DNA of 63,420 nt, filler included, from Collodictyon triciliatum (lineage: Eukaryota), in NCBI GenBank assembly GCA_043381765.1. It is 25 parts of 25 records of this genome, joined end to end, with 100 filler letters (N's around TTAATTAATTAA, not from the genome) between each part and the next. Parts side by side here need not be neighbours in the genome. Positions count along the whole stretch, not along the records: positions 1 to 2,447 come from JBHJMP010008870.1; positions 2,548 to 4,990 come from JBHJMP010008871.1; positions 5,091 to 7,536 come from JBHJMP010008872.1; positions 7,637 to 10,085 come from JBHJMP010008873.1; 21 more parts are not named here. One strand, written 5' to 3'. Positions 1-10,185 of this stretch are shown here, in pieces (the first letter of the stretch is position 1; the number at the start of each line of letters is the position of its first letter). The position numbers and the translations under genes are program-made. The notes under the pieces were generated by a model that worked only from the letters and a program-made list of their open reading frames with translations, was not told where the DNA came from and searched no databases.

Positions 1-1
1 C

Positions 2-319
2 AACCGCTTGGGCATATTGACTTGTGTTATATGTACCCTCAGCAATTGTTATTGTTGAAAACGTACTGATACCTGTGTTGGTATTCAATACTCGAATTCG
101 CAATTGATTGTATTGATACAAGTCTGTTATTTGGTGTATCGTCGTGGGGTAGTATACACTTTTTATAAAAAGATTATATGGCTTGTTTTTGATAATTGGG
201 AAATCACTTAAATCAAAGGTGAAATTGTTGTTTGACCCACTCACTCGTTTCGACTCCGAATTAATAAAAAGATAGTTTGCTTCGTTTACGCGTTTTTCAT
301 CTAAAAGTCGTCGTTGCAT
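2..319 (-). CDS. Polinton-like virus minor capsid protein (penton), N-terminal part; truncated at window edge
   Basis: Not in the ORF track; translated by hand from ATG at 319: MQRRLLDEKRVNEANYLFINSESKRVSGSNNNFTFDLSDFPIIKNKPYNLFIKSVYYPTTIHQIT...STITIAEGTYNTSQYAQAV. The pattern (Y-x-x-I/V-N/D-S..SG...F-x-F; S-x-x-x-P; G-x-Y) aligns by eye with ORF 20477-21232 and with PLV penton N-termini. Lies next to the capsid gene. Confidence 0.75.
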   Translation of the reverse strand, partial: MQRRLLDEKRVNEANYLFINSESKRVSGSNNNFTFDLSDFPIIKNKPYNLFIKSVYYPTTIHQITDLYQYNQLRIRVLNTNTGISTFSTITIAEGTYNTSQYAQAV

Positions 320-352
320 ACTTGTGCCAATATTTTTTTCTTTATTAAATTA

Positions 353-736
353 ATGGAGCCCGAATATGAAGAGGAGGACCAATCTTTACCCCAAGCCGTA
401 CCTGAACGAAAAGTCAAACGAACACTAACTGATAAGCAACTAAAAAATTTGGAACTGATGAGACAGAAGAAGATGGCAAAGAAGGAAGCGTCAAAAATGA
501 TTGCGGACTCCGTAAGAAATTCGGCGAGGGAGGCAGATGCCGAGGAATTCTCTAGTCTAAAAAATGAATTAGCGGAGATTAAAAAAAAATTGGCCGCCCC
601 GGAAATATCCAAACCCAAGCCAAAAAAAGCCGCCCCAGTCAAAAGGAAAAGAATTGTTGAACAATCAGATTCAGATGAATACCAGGATGCAGTGGAATAT
701 TCCAACCCTTACCTCATGCAGATAGTTCGAAGATAA
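353..736 (+). CDS. Small virus-associated protein with acidic N-terminus and Lys/Arg-rich core (putative core/DNA-binding protein)
   Basis: Likely ATG at 353 (MEPEYEEED...), containing KVKRTLTDKQLKNLELMRQKK. Lies between the penton and major capsid genes. A homologous motif occurs at 20362-20448. Function is inferred. Confidence 0.65.
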   Translation: MEPEYEEEDQSLPQAVPERKVKRTLTDKQLKNLELMRQKKMAKKEASKMIADSVRNSAREADAEEFSSLKNELAEIKKKLAAPEISKPKPKKAAPVKRKRIVEQSDSDEYQDAVEYSNPYLMQIVRR

Positions 737-766
737 ATTATTTTTTGTTAATGAAAAAATAATTTA
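734..766. terminator. Perfect 13-bp hairpin spanning the two convergent stop codons (putative bidirectional 3'-end/polyadenylation signal)
   Basis: TAAATTATTTTTT-GTTAATG-AAAAAATAATTTA. Arms 734-746 and 754-766 are exact reverse complements; the outer ends of the arms are the TAA stops of the two convergent genes. Confidence 0.65.
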
Positions 767-2446
767 GTAAAGTACCTGGGCATTGTCTTTGCCAATATCC
801 AACACACGAGTGTGCTCGATGATGACCCAGCAGGTGTAGTCATCTACAGGAGTCAATGAAGTAAGATTTGCGGGAACTGGTATATTCCCAGCAGCGGTGG
901 CAGCTGAAGCGTGTTTGCAAGACCCCGCAAACTGTAGACCTACCTGTACAATTCCAGAATTTGAAGATGCGTTATATCCTGACAACTCAAACTCGTCTGA
1001 GTAATCTGACCGAGTCATTGTCCACCCTAACGCAAACAGAGTCGGAGTTTTCCAAAAGAATTCTTCACATTCAAGTGGATTTGTGTTTTTATCAGTTGCT
1101 GTATCTGCCGTTACAATCATAGAATTCTGAACGGCTTTGTTGCTGGCATAATTGACACCTGCGCCTGACCGTGGTGTAGTCAGTTGAATAATTCCACTAT
1201 TCACACCGGCACCAGCATTAATTTGAATTGGTTGAATTGCTTGTTGTGAAAAGTTAACCTGTCCGAGCATTTCAGCTGAGGTGTTATAGCCCAATGCTTT
1301 CATTAAATAGTTCAGAGCTTCAGGTTGATGACACAAAGCTTGACCAATTACTGCACTTGATAAAAATCCAGACGCCGCAGCTGCCGTGCCAAGAGTATTT
1401 TGGCCAGCGGCCGGTACATTGGCATAAGCAGGATTTGCTAGCTGAATAGGAACTGATGGCAATACTTTACCATTGACTGTAAGTCTTGCCTGACTTAGTC
1501 CCTCAATTGCATGCATTCTATCAGTACCTAAATATCCAAGATTACCCTGTTCACAAGCTCGGGTAAAGATAAGATATATAGCATTTATATTTGAGTATTG
1601 AACAGAAATATTTTGTGTAATCCATCCTGTAGTTCTTCTTGGAATATTAAACTGAGTCATAAAATATGTTTCAATTGGAATTTGCAAATTGTTGGAAACC
1701 AAGTATTGAGAAAGCGCATTGTTATAGCTGGGTTCAGTTTGAATATAATTGATATTCATTTTAATATTACTCAGAGTATAACTAAGAGTGCTAGCAGTGC
1801 TAGCAGTCCAATCCAAAAAGTCAAATCCGGTATTTTGGGTATAACTTAATTGACCTTGACTAAAGCACTCTGATGCGGGCGCCATCCAAATACGAATTTC
1901 CAATGAATTGGGACCCAGTAAGTAAGCAGGAAGCAATGTTTTAATATTCATCAACCCCAAGTAACGAAGTGGAAATCCAATTTGAACAGTGTTACTTTCA
2001 GTTCCTGCTGCACCAACTAATAACAATCTGGACCTATCAAGAACAGACTGGCCTATTCCCATTCCACCGGACATAAGATTAACCCAATTTTGGTTATTAC
2101 ACCAATTGTGCTTAAATGTTTCCAAATATGAATAATTGTCGATTCTTTCCAATTCACTTCCATTTAGGTAAACGGCAATTCTATAAATAAAACTTTCGTA
2201 ACTTTCACACGGGCACAGTATTGACAATGCTCTATTCGCTGCTGTAGCTGTGGATGCATCGAACAGACCTCTTTTTAGATTTCCAGCATTTGTAATTGTT
2301 GCGGCATCTAGTCCTTTTACAGTCAGATCCGCTATGATATGAGCACTGTCCATTTGAATGCTCCATTCATTGTCAATTGGAACCCTAAATACAATTTGAG
2401 GACCAGATGAAAAAGTTGCTGTCTGCTCCGTTCCGTTGCTGGGTAA
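764..2446 (-). CDS. Major capsid protein (double jelly-roll), Polinton-like virus type; 5'-truncated by contig end
   Basis: Intron-free. The frame stays open upstream of the listed Met to the contig end (LPSNGTEQTATFSSGPQIVFRVPIDNEWSIQMDSAHIIADL), giving about 560 aa. PLV-MCP-like motifs: SFIYRIAVYLNGSELERIDNYSYL, FPLRYLGLMNIKTLLP...LEIRIWMA, YTLSNIKMNINYI, LTVNGKVLPSVPI, FALG...SGYN, C-terminal VIIEHTRVLDI. Confidence 0.85.
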   Translation of the reverse strand, partial: LPSNGTEQTATFSSGPQIVFRVPIDNEWSIQMDSAHIIADLTVKGLDAATITNAGNLKRGLFDASTATAANRALSILCPCESYESFIYRIAVYLNGSELERIDNYSYLETFKHNWCNNQNWVNLMSGGMGIGQSVLDRSRLLLVGAAGTESNTVQIGFPLRYLGLMNIKTLLPAYLLGPNSLEIRIWMAPASECFSQGQLSYTQNTGFDFLDWTASTASTLSYTLSNIKMNINYIQTEPSYNNALSQYLVSNNLQIPIETYFMTQFNIPRRTTGWITQNISVQYSNINAIYLIFTRACEQGNLGYLGTDRMHAIEGLSQARLTVNGKVLPSVPIQLANPAYANVPAAGQNTLGTAAAASGFLSSAVIGQALCHQPEALNYLMKALGYNTSAEMLGQVNFSQQAIQPIQINAGAGVNSGIIQLTTPRSGAGVNYASNKAVQNSMIVTADTATDKNTNPLECEEFFWKTPTLFALGWTMTRSDYSDEFELSGYNASSNSGIVQVGLQFAGSCKHASAATAAGNIPVPANLTSLTPVDDYTCWVIIEHTRVLDIGKDNAQVLY

Positions 2447-2447
2447 A

Positions 2448-2547
2448 NNNNNNNNNNNNNNNNNNNNNNNNNNNNNNNNNNNNNNNNNNNNTTAATTAAT
2501 TAANNNNNNNNNNNNNNNNNNNNNNNNNNNNNNNNNNNNNNNNNNNN
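2448..2547. other. Artificial contig linker (N44-TTAATTAATTAA-N44); recurs 24 times at ~2.54-kb intervals, last at 60887-60986
   Basis: Identical six-frame-stop 12-mer flanked by N runs, with unrelated sequence on either side. Confidence 0.98.
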
Positions 2548-4990
2548 GTCTGCTTCACGCGCAAGACCCGCAAAGGCTCTCCACTATGCCGGACGTCGAC
2601 GAAGTCTGCCTCGCACAAGACCCGCAAAGGATCTCCACTATGCCGGACTGCGACGAAGTCTGCCTCACACAAGACCCACAAAGGCTGTGCGTTATGCCGG
2701 ACTGCGACGAAGTCTGCTTCACGCGCAAGACCCGCAAAGGCTCTCCACTATGCCGGACGTCGACGAAGTCTGCCTCGCACAAGACCCGCAAAGGATCTCC
2801 ACTATGCCGGACTGCAACGAAGTCTGCCTCACACAAGACCTACAAAGGCTGTGCTTTATGCCGAACGTCGACGAAGTCTGCTTCATACAAGACCCACGAA
2901 GGATCTGCACTATGCCGGACGTCGACAAAGTCTGCTTCACACAAGACCCGCAAAGGATCTCCGCTGTGCCGAACGTCGACGAAGTCTGCCTCGCACAAGA
3001 CCCGCAAAGGCTCTTCGCTATGCCGGAATACGACGAAGTCTGCTTCACAAAAGACCCACAAAGGCTGTGCGTTATGCCGGACTGCGACGAAGTCTGCTTC
3101 ATACAAGACCTACAAAGGCTCTCCGCTGTGCCGAACGTCGACGAAGTCTGCTTCACACACGACCCGCGAAGGCTCTGCGTTATGCCCGAATATGACGAAG
3201 TCTGCCTCACACAAGACCCACAAAGGCTGTGCGTTATGCCGAACGTCGACGAAGTCTGCCTCCACACAAGACCCGCAAAGGCTCTCCACTATGGCGGAAT
3301 ACGACGAAGTCTGCTTCACACAAGACCCACAAAGGCTCTCCACTATGCCGGACATCGACGCAGTCTGCTCCACCCAAGACCCACAAAGGATCTCCACTAT
3401 GCCGAACGTCGACGAAGTCTGCTCCACCCAAGACCCACAAAGGCTCCCCATTATGCCGAACGTCGAAGAAGTCTGCTCCACACAAGACCCGCTAAGGCTT
3501 CCCTCTATGCCGGACTGCGACGAAGTCTGCTTCACGCAAGACCCACAAAGGGTCTGCACTATGCTGAACGTCGACGAAGTCTGCTCCACACAAGACCCAC
3601 AAAGGCTGTGCACTATGCCAGGATGTGACGATGTCTGCTTCACACAAGACCCGCAAAGGCTCTTCGCTATGCCGAACGTCGACGAAGTCTGCTCCACATA
3701 AGACCCACAAAGGATCTCCACTATGCCGAACGTCGACGACGTCTGCTTCACACAGGACCCACAAAGGCTCTGCGCTATGCCGGACGTCGACAAAGTCTGC
3801 TTCACACAAGACCCGCAAAGGATCTCCACTATGCCGAACGTCGACGAAGTCTGCTTCACACAAGACCCGCAAAGGATCTCCACTATGCCGGACGTCGACA
3901 AAGTCTGCCTCGCACAAGACCCGCAAAGGCTCTTCGCTATGCCGGAATACGACGAAGTCTGCCTCACACAAGACCCACAAAGGCTGTGCGTTATGCCGAA
4001 CGTCGACGAAGTCTGCACCACGCAAGACCCACAAAGGCTGTGCGTTATGCCGAACTGCGACGAAGTCTGCTTCACACAAGACCCACGAAGGCTCTCCACT
4101 ATGCCGAACGTCGACGAAGTCTGCCTCACACACAACCCGCAAAGGCTCTGCACTATGCCGAACGTCGACGGAGCGTTTCACACACACTAAGAACCGCAAA
4201 GGCTCAGTACTATGCCAGAATACGAAAACCGTAAGTCTCGCGAAATCAAAAATTCTAATTTAACTTCGCAACAAGCACTTTGATTTGTGCAAGCATACAT
4301 TTAGTCGATGTTTTTGTTATAATTCGTATGGAAGTAGTCCATTCATGCTTAAAGGAGAATAATAGAATTTCTCTTGCCAAAAATAGCGCAGTCTGTGTCC
4401 GGCTATGGAGAACACTCGAAGCCCAATAACCTGTTTATCAAACGACGGAGTCTGCCTCACACAAGACCCGCAAAGGCTCCATTATGCCGGAATGTGACGA
4501 GGTCTGCTTCATACACAAGACCCGCAAAGGTTCTCTGCTATGCCGAACGCCGATAAGTCTGCTTCACACATATGCAAGCAAGGCTCTCCACTATGCCAGA
4601 ATACGAAAACTGTAAGTCTCGTTAAATCAAAAATTCTATTTTTAGCTTCACTTCGAGCACTTTGTTTTGTGCAAGCACACACTTAACAGATGTTTTTGTC
4701 ATAATTCATATGGAAGAATTTTTACCATAAAGGTGGAAAAATTGAATTTCTCCTGTCAAAAATAGGACGGTCTGCGTCGGGTTATGTGGAATATTTGAAG
4801 CCAAATTACCTGTTTATGAAACGACAAAGTGCTTCGCACACTGAGACCCGCAAAGGCTCTGCGCTATGCCGGAATACGACGATGTCTGCTTCACACACTA
4901 AGAACCCAAGAATACTCCACTATGCTGGAATGTGGCGAAATGTGCTTCACACACAAAACGCAGAAAGACATCAAACTATGCTGGAATACG
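2548..4990 (+). repeat. 54-bp tandem satellite (~30 units, 2548-~4170) followed by higher-order units (~220-bp AT-rich block plus a few 54-mers)
   Basis: Unit approximately GAAGTCTGCTTCACACAAGACCCGCAAAGGCTCTCCACTATGCCGGACGTCGAC, giving 18-aa periodicity in the spurious ORFs. AT-rich blocks start AATACGAAAAC at ~4219 and ~4599. Confidence 0.95.
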
Positions 4991-5151
4991 NNNNNNNNNN
5001 NNNNNNNNNNNNNNNNNNNNNNNNNNNNNNNNNNTTAATTAATTAANNNNNNNNNNNNNNNNNNNNNNNNNNNNNNNNNNNNNNNNNNNNGTTATTTTGT
5101 TTTTTTGTTTTTTTGTTTTTTTGTTTTTTTGTTTGTTTGTTTGTTTGTTTT

Positions 5152-7282
5152 TTATTCGATAATCTCCCATGACTTCATGCCTTTCTTCGCGTAGGCTTTT
5201 CGAAAGTGGTAGAGCTCCTTCTGCGATACGGGTTTTAGGAAAGATAAAATTCGTGAGATTTTATGTAACACTGCGTATCATCCGCTCATGTGTATTCTCA
5301 TTTTTTGATGGTATCTGAAGAATTTATGAATAATGAGATGTATATCACATGCACAGATACTTACAGTAATTCGTCTACGTCGGCTGCGTATGAGTTTGCA
5401 TTTACATTTTGTTTGGATGATGACCTGGTAGGCTTTCTCTCAAGCGCTATTTCTTCATCCCTTTTTAAAAGACGTTTAGAGTATGAGAGCAAGATGGAAA
5501 CAATCCCCGTTGGTACGTATCAAACAACACGATGATATGAAAATACAGCTATTCAAATGGTTGTATAGAGTGAATGAGCGTTGAAAACAAGAGCATATTA
5601 GTCGCGAAGGAAACGAACATGGCTCTAGTGCTTTCTGTATTCATGGGGCGATATCGAGCGTTTCGGATATTCGAACTTATTCCGTCTGTTGTGGATTGCT
5701 TCACCCCGGCTTCGGGTTCTTCGGCTGCGTAGCCAACGAACGCTACAGACTCTGCCAAAGGGTCCCCAATCATTCGCGTGACGGCATCGACTGAAGGAGG
5801 TGGTATGTTCGTAGGGACGGAGAGCCCAACAGAGAAGTAGGGATGTTGCAAACATTGGCTTGCATTTGGCCGTTTACTGGGGTCATATTTGAGCATCTCT
5901 ATCATCAAATGAATAGCCTCGGGACTTGCATTCGGTATTAGTGTCCCAAGTGGTACGGGTGGGCACTGAATGAGAATTTACACAAGGAATAACAATCAGC
6001 CACCGGTATATCCACACGAAATAAACTTCATTTATAATAACGAAATGCTTCTCTGTTACCCTTCGAAGTATTTACATTTTCACTTTGCCCAAAAATAAAA
6101 ATAAAGAAAGAGGGCTATATGAGGAACAAATGTAAGTACTTGTGGAAATCGAAATCCTAGAGCAGATGCCATTTTCAGTCCTTCGGGCCACGTCTGCGGT
6201 GTTGGCGTCCCCATAATGGCACAGATTTTATAAATCTCATCTGCTTCACTGCTCCCCGGAAATAGTGGTCTAAACGTATACAACTCGGCCATGATTGCAC
6301 CGAGAGCCCAAATATCTATGGGTGCATTATAATTTGTGGCCCGCAATAGGACCTCCGGTGCTCTGTACCTGAATGATAAATGGAAATAAATTAATGAGTA
6401 ACTGATAGAATTCGAGTGCAAATCGTAGATAAGGAGCCTAATCGAGGTGTGGCTGTGTTTGCATGAGAGATATTGTAATCGCTTATGTGTATATTCTTTT
6501 AGTTGTGATAAACTATGTGATGAACCGTCTTATGTAGACAATTATTTTTCTTCCTATATTCGATTCAAACCATCTTGTGGAGACATAGTCTGTGTGTGGA
6601 GGACGGGCTCTGGTTTCCTTTGCAAGTCCAAAATCTGCTACTTTCAGAACATCTCGGCATATAAGCATGTTTTCTGGTTTGATGTCTCTGTGGAAATACC
6701 CATGCTTGTGCATGTATGCGACGCCTTGGAGTTGTTGATACCTGCGTGTGTAACATATTATTTTTTTTTAATTTACATGGTGTTATAAGTGCGACAGCAA
6801 AAAAAAAAAAAAACCTTATGAAAACGTATGAGGCTATTTTGATTTTAACCAATTCAGCATTTTATTACATGAGATTTCGAATGACGGATTCGGGTAGTAA
6901 TTTATCCCTGTCCTTTATCAGCTGATACAAATTGTAGTCCATGTATTCAAAAACGAAACAAAGTTCATCATTCTCTCGAATTACCTCTTTCAGTTTCACA
7001 ATATTAGGGTGGTTTAACTTCTTGAGTGCCTTTTCAAGTGATTAAGAGATGCTGTGGGTTAATCAGCGTATTGTGTTTAAATGCGGATAAAAATATTTCA
7101 TGAGAATTAATCAACTACGAACAATCAGAAATCATTCATATGCATACAACCAAATATTGTATTATATCAAAAGAAGCTACACTATAGTGTAAACCGAGTT
7201 GTATATATTACTTTGATTTCTTTCAACTCGATACATTCTTGCCAATTGTAAAACTTTCGCTTCATCTTTTTGATGGCAACCT
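5152..7282 (-). CDS. MAK/ICK (RCK family) Ser/Thr kinase, multi-exon, 5'-partial
   Basis: Exons encode [101 protein letters not shown] introns. Ends approximate. Confidence 0.9.
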
Positions 7283-7493
7283 GGTCAATAATTATAGTAT
7301 TATTTCAAGAGGACATGTACATAAAGAGAGGCGAGTAGAAAGGAAGGGAAGGGAAATATCCGGCTTGTACAATGGAGATGGGCATATACTTTAAGGAGAC
7401 AAATAATAGCAAGGAGCTCAGTTTATGATAATAAAGGAACATGTCTACAATTTGAGTTTAAAAGTAACAGGTGTTTCCTGTTTGACCTTCTGA

Positions 7494-7536
<43 letters not shown>

Positions 7537-7723
7537 NNNNNNNNNNNNNNNNNNNNNNNNNNNNNNNNNNNNNNNNNNNNTTAATTAATTAANNNNNNNN
7601 NNNNNNNNNNNNNNNNNNNNNNNNNNNNNNNNNNNNTTTTCTTTTTATTTTTATTTTTATTTTTATTTTTATTTTTATTTTTATTTTTATTTTTATTTTT
7701 ATTTTTATTTTTATTTTTTTTTT

Positions 7724-7805
<82 letters not shown>

Positions 7806-8232
7806 TTTTTTTTTTTTTTTTATTTTTATTTTTATTTTTATTTTTATTTTTATTTTTATTTTTATTTTTATTTTTATTTTTATTTTTATTTTTATTTTTA
7901 TTTTTATTTTTATTTTTATTTTTATTTTAAACGCCCACACATCCCAAAAGAAGACACTCGGATAAAAACCTTCAAAGAATCGGTCTTTCCTTTGTTTAAG
8001 TTCCGATCAAATCCTGCAGCACAAAATCAGCGCTGATCGGAGCAGAAGAAAAGGTGGGCAAGCAAGCAAGCAAGCAAGCAAGCCTTCTCCACATAAGGTC
8101 AGAAGTGCGGCGGCAAAGCTGGAATGCCCACCTTTTCCCCTGCTGGTGGATACTTGAGGCCACCTTCCTGTGCGTGTGTGTTGTGTTGTGTGAATGTGGG
8201 GAATATTAAGGCTTCGATGCAGGGAGTCGAGG

Positions 8233-9505
8233 ATGAAGAGCTTCAAAAAGTTGATTGGCCAGGAGGAAGAGCAAAACACGGTGGAGGAGCTTGACGACTG
8301 CATCACCCTGTCTTTCCAGCAGGTTTTCCACAAAGCTGCCATATTTGTCTTAGATTTAACCCCCTCCCTTTTCCTCATTCTGCCTAAGTGTTGCTTGCAA
8401 CTTCCAGCTTGTTTTCATCGCTGCAAAGTATCGACACATTCTATTTTCCTTCTTCATCTCTTTCTTTTTGTGTAGCGCATGATCTGCTTCTCAGCCTGCT
8501 TTGTCGTTGGAATCATTGTTAGTTTCATGGTATGTCTATCAAATCTTTTCTATATTTCTATAAGGTGAAACGTACTCGCCCATTCATGTGTATGAGCCTA
8601 TGCGTTATCCGTTTAAGTTTTAATTACTTTTTGAAAGGCATTCGTCAACTTTGCTGATTTAACCAAATTTGCTGTCTTCTACTCCATCGGCAACATTATT
8701 GCTCTTTGCAGGTTTGTAGATTGTTAAAAAAAAAAAATATCCGTCAAAGCGCAAAACACTCTCCTTTTTTTTCTTTCTTTCTATGACGCATGAAACACAA
8801 CAAAGCATAGGACATTTGTTCCCAGAACCCTAGCAAAATAGCTCTTAACACCTTTGATTTTCTTCACTTTTCCTTATTATTTACTTCAAGGAAGCAACAA
8901 TGATAATAACCAACCCGCTATACTTATACCAGCACGATGTTCTTGATGGGCCCGTGGAAACAGGTCAAGAAGATGTTTGACCCCGACCGCGTAATTGCGA
9001 CTGTGGTTTATCTGGTCACAATCTTCTTCACTTTGTTCTTTGCTCTCTACGTGAGTTCTTTTTTTTTATTTCTCGTCAGGCGATTAAAATTTCATTTTTC
9101 GTTCCAATCGTTTGAAATAATATTCATGTCCCTCATTTTCTAAGCTTGGGTATTTATATGACATATTCAGCTGAAAAATGCGGCGCTTACTGTGATTGCC
9201 ATGCTTTGCCAATTTGTTGCGCTTATCTGGTATTCAACTTGCAAAATTCAATCATAAAACATACATTTCCCATAGTCCAACCGACAAATACAACCCGCAA
9301 TTTCCGATTGATGACCAACAAATATAACTATCCTATTCTCCAATTCTTTTCCCTATTTAATCATGCATTTTCTCTTGTTTATTTTGCCTTGAGCTCCCAC
9401 CTTTTTCATTTAATGCCAACTTCGTTTTTTTTTTCTAGGTACGCCTTGTCCTACATCCCGTTTGCTCGCAAAGCAATCAAGAAGTTTTGCACCAGCCTAG
9501 TCTAA
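8233..9505 (+). CDS. SFT2: Vesicle transport protein SFT2 (Got1/Sft2 family), 6 exons, apparently complete
   Basis: LSFQQ/RMICFSACF, FAVFYSIGNIIALC, STMFLMGPWKQVKKMFDPDRVIAT, CQFVALIW/YALSYIPFARKAIKK-stop. Confidence 0.9.
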
Positions 9506-10185
9506 GAGACAGCATCAAAATTATTCCCGCACCGAGTCATGCACCCACCAACGCCACAAAGACTCATGACTCCCTAACAGAAACATTTCATCTGCCTCCC
9601 TCAACTAACCTGCCCAGAGTCGTCACCTGCTCCCGCTCCACCCACAGATGATGCGGCTTCTTCAATGAAACTTAAGCGAGTATCTAGCTAGGGTAAATAA
9701 AGAAAATGGGAGGAGAAACAGCTGGTTTTGTTGGGCGTGTAATATAAGACGAAAGAGACAGAGGTGTTCAAAAATGATGGGAAGGAAGCGATGATTACGC
9801 ACTTTTATGTACGCTCATATGTGGAATATATAGTATAAAATATTTTGCTGCTGATTGATTGATATTTTAGGCATTTATATAACAAAATCAGATTTATAAT
9901 ATTATATTTAATAATGTATAAAACTATCGCGGCTGAATCTGTGGGTGACCAGATTATGGCTCATTGATTGCAGCGTATGTGTGGCTTCTGCAAAAACCAC
10001 GCGAAAATGCCGCGATTGTGTGACGATGCGGTGCGTCACTGTGCGGTGGCGACACAACACGCGGGGGTTTCTGCTCCGGTCGAAGNNNNNNNNNNNNNNN
10101 NNNNNNNNNNNNNNNNNNNNNNNNNNNNNTTAATTAATTAANNNNNNNNNNNNNNNNNNNNNNNNNNNNNNNNNNNNNNNNNNNN

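Noticed and set aside
301..705. 134-aa minus-strand ORF
   Set aside because: Antisense shadow of the 353-736 gene; its Phe/Ser-rich content mirrors Lys/Glu codons.
2492..2503. Regularly spaced TTAATTAATTAA motif
   Set aside because: Artificial six-frame-stop linker between contigs.
2586..4263. Long repeat ORFs (MPDVDEVC..., CGSC... CxxC-like) in five of six frames; same at 18150-20300
   Set aside because: They follow from a stop-poor 54-nt (18-codon) unit. A 1-nt insertion near 3262 and other indels shift frames freely, so coding is unsupported.
2548..4990. 54-bp repeats as a CRISPR array
   Set aside because: Units are head-to-tail with no unique spacers, the variable slots recur, the context is eukaryotic and no cas genes are present.
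7581..7940. Poly-K/I/F/Y ORFs at contig ends (also 15320, 17546, 33031, 38113, 55867 and others)
   Set aside because: Translations of homopolymers and microsatellites at assembly breakpoints.
9925..10085. GC-rich segment with small inverted repeats at a contig end, as a possible transposon or virus terminus
   Set aside because: No second copy in the window and no visible similarity to 22665-22805.
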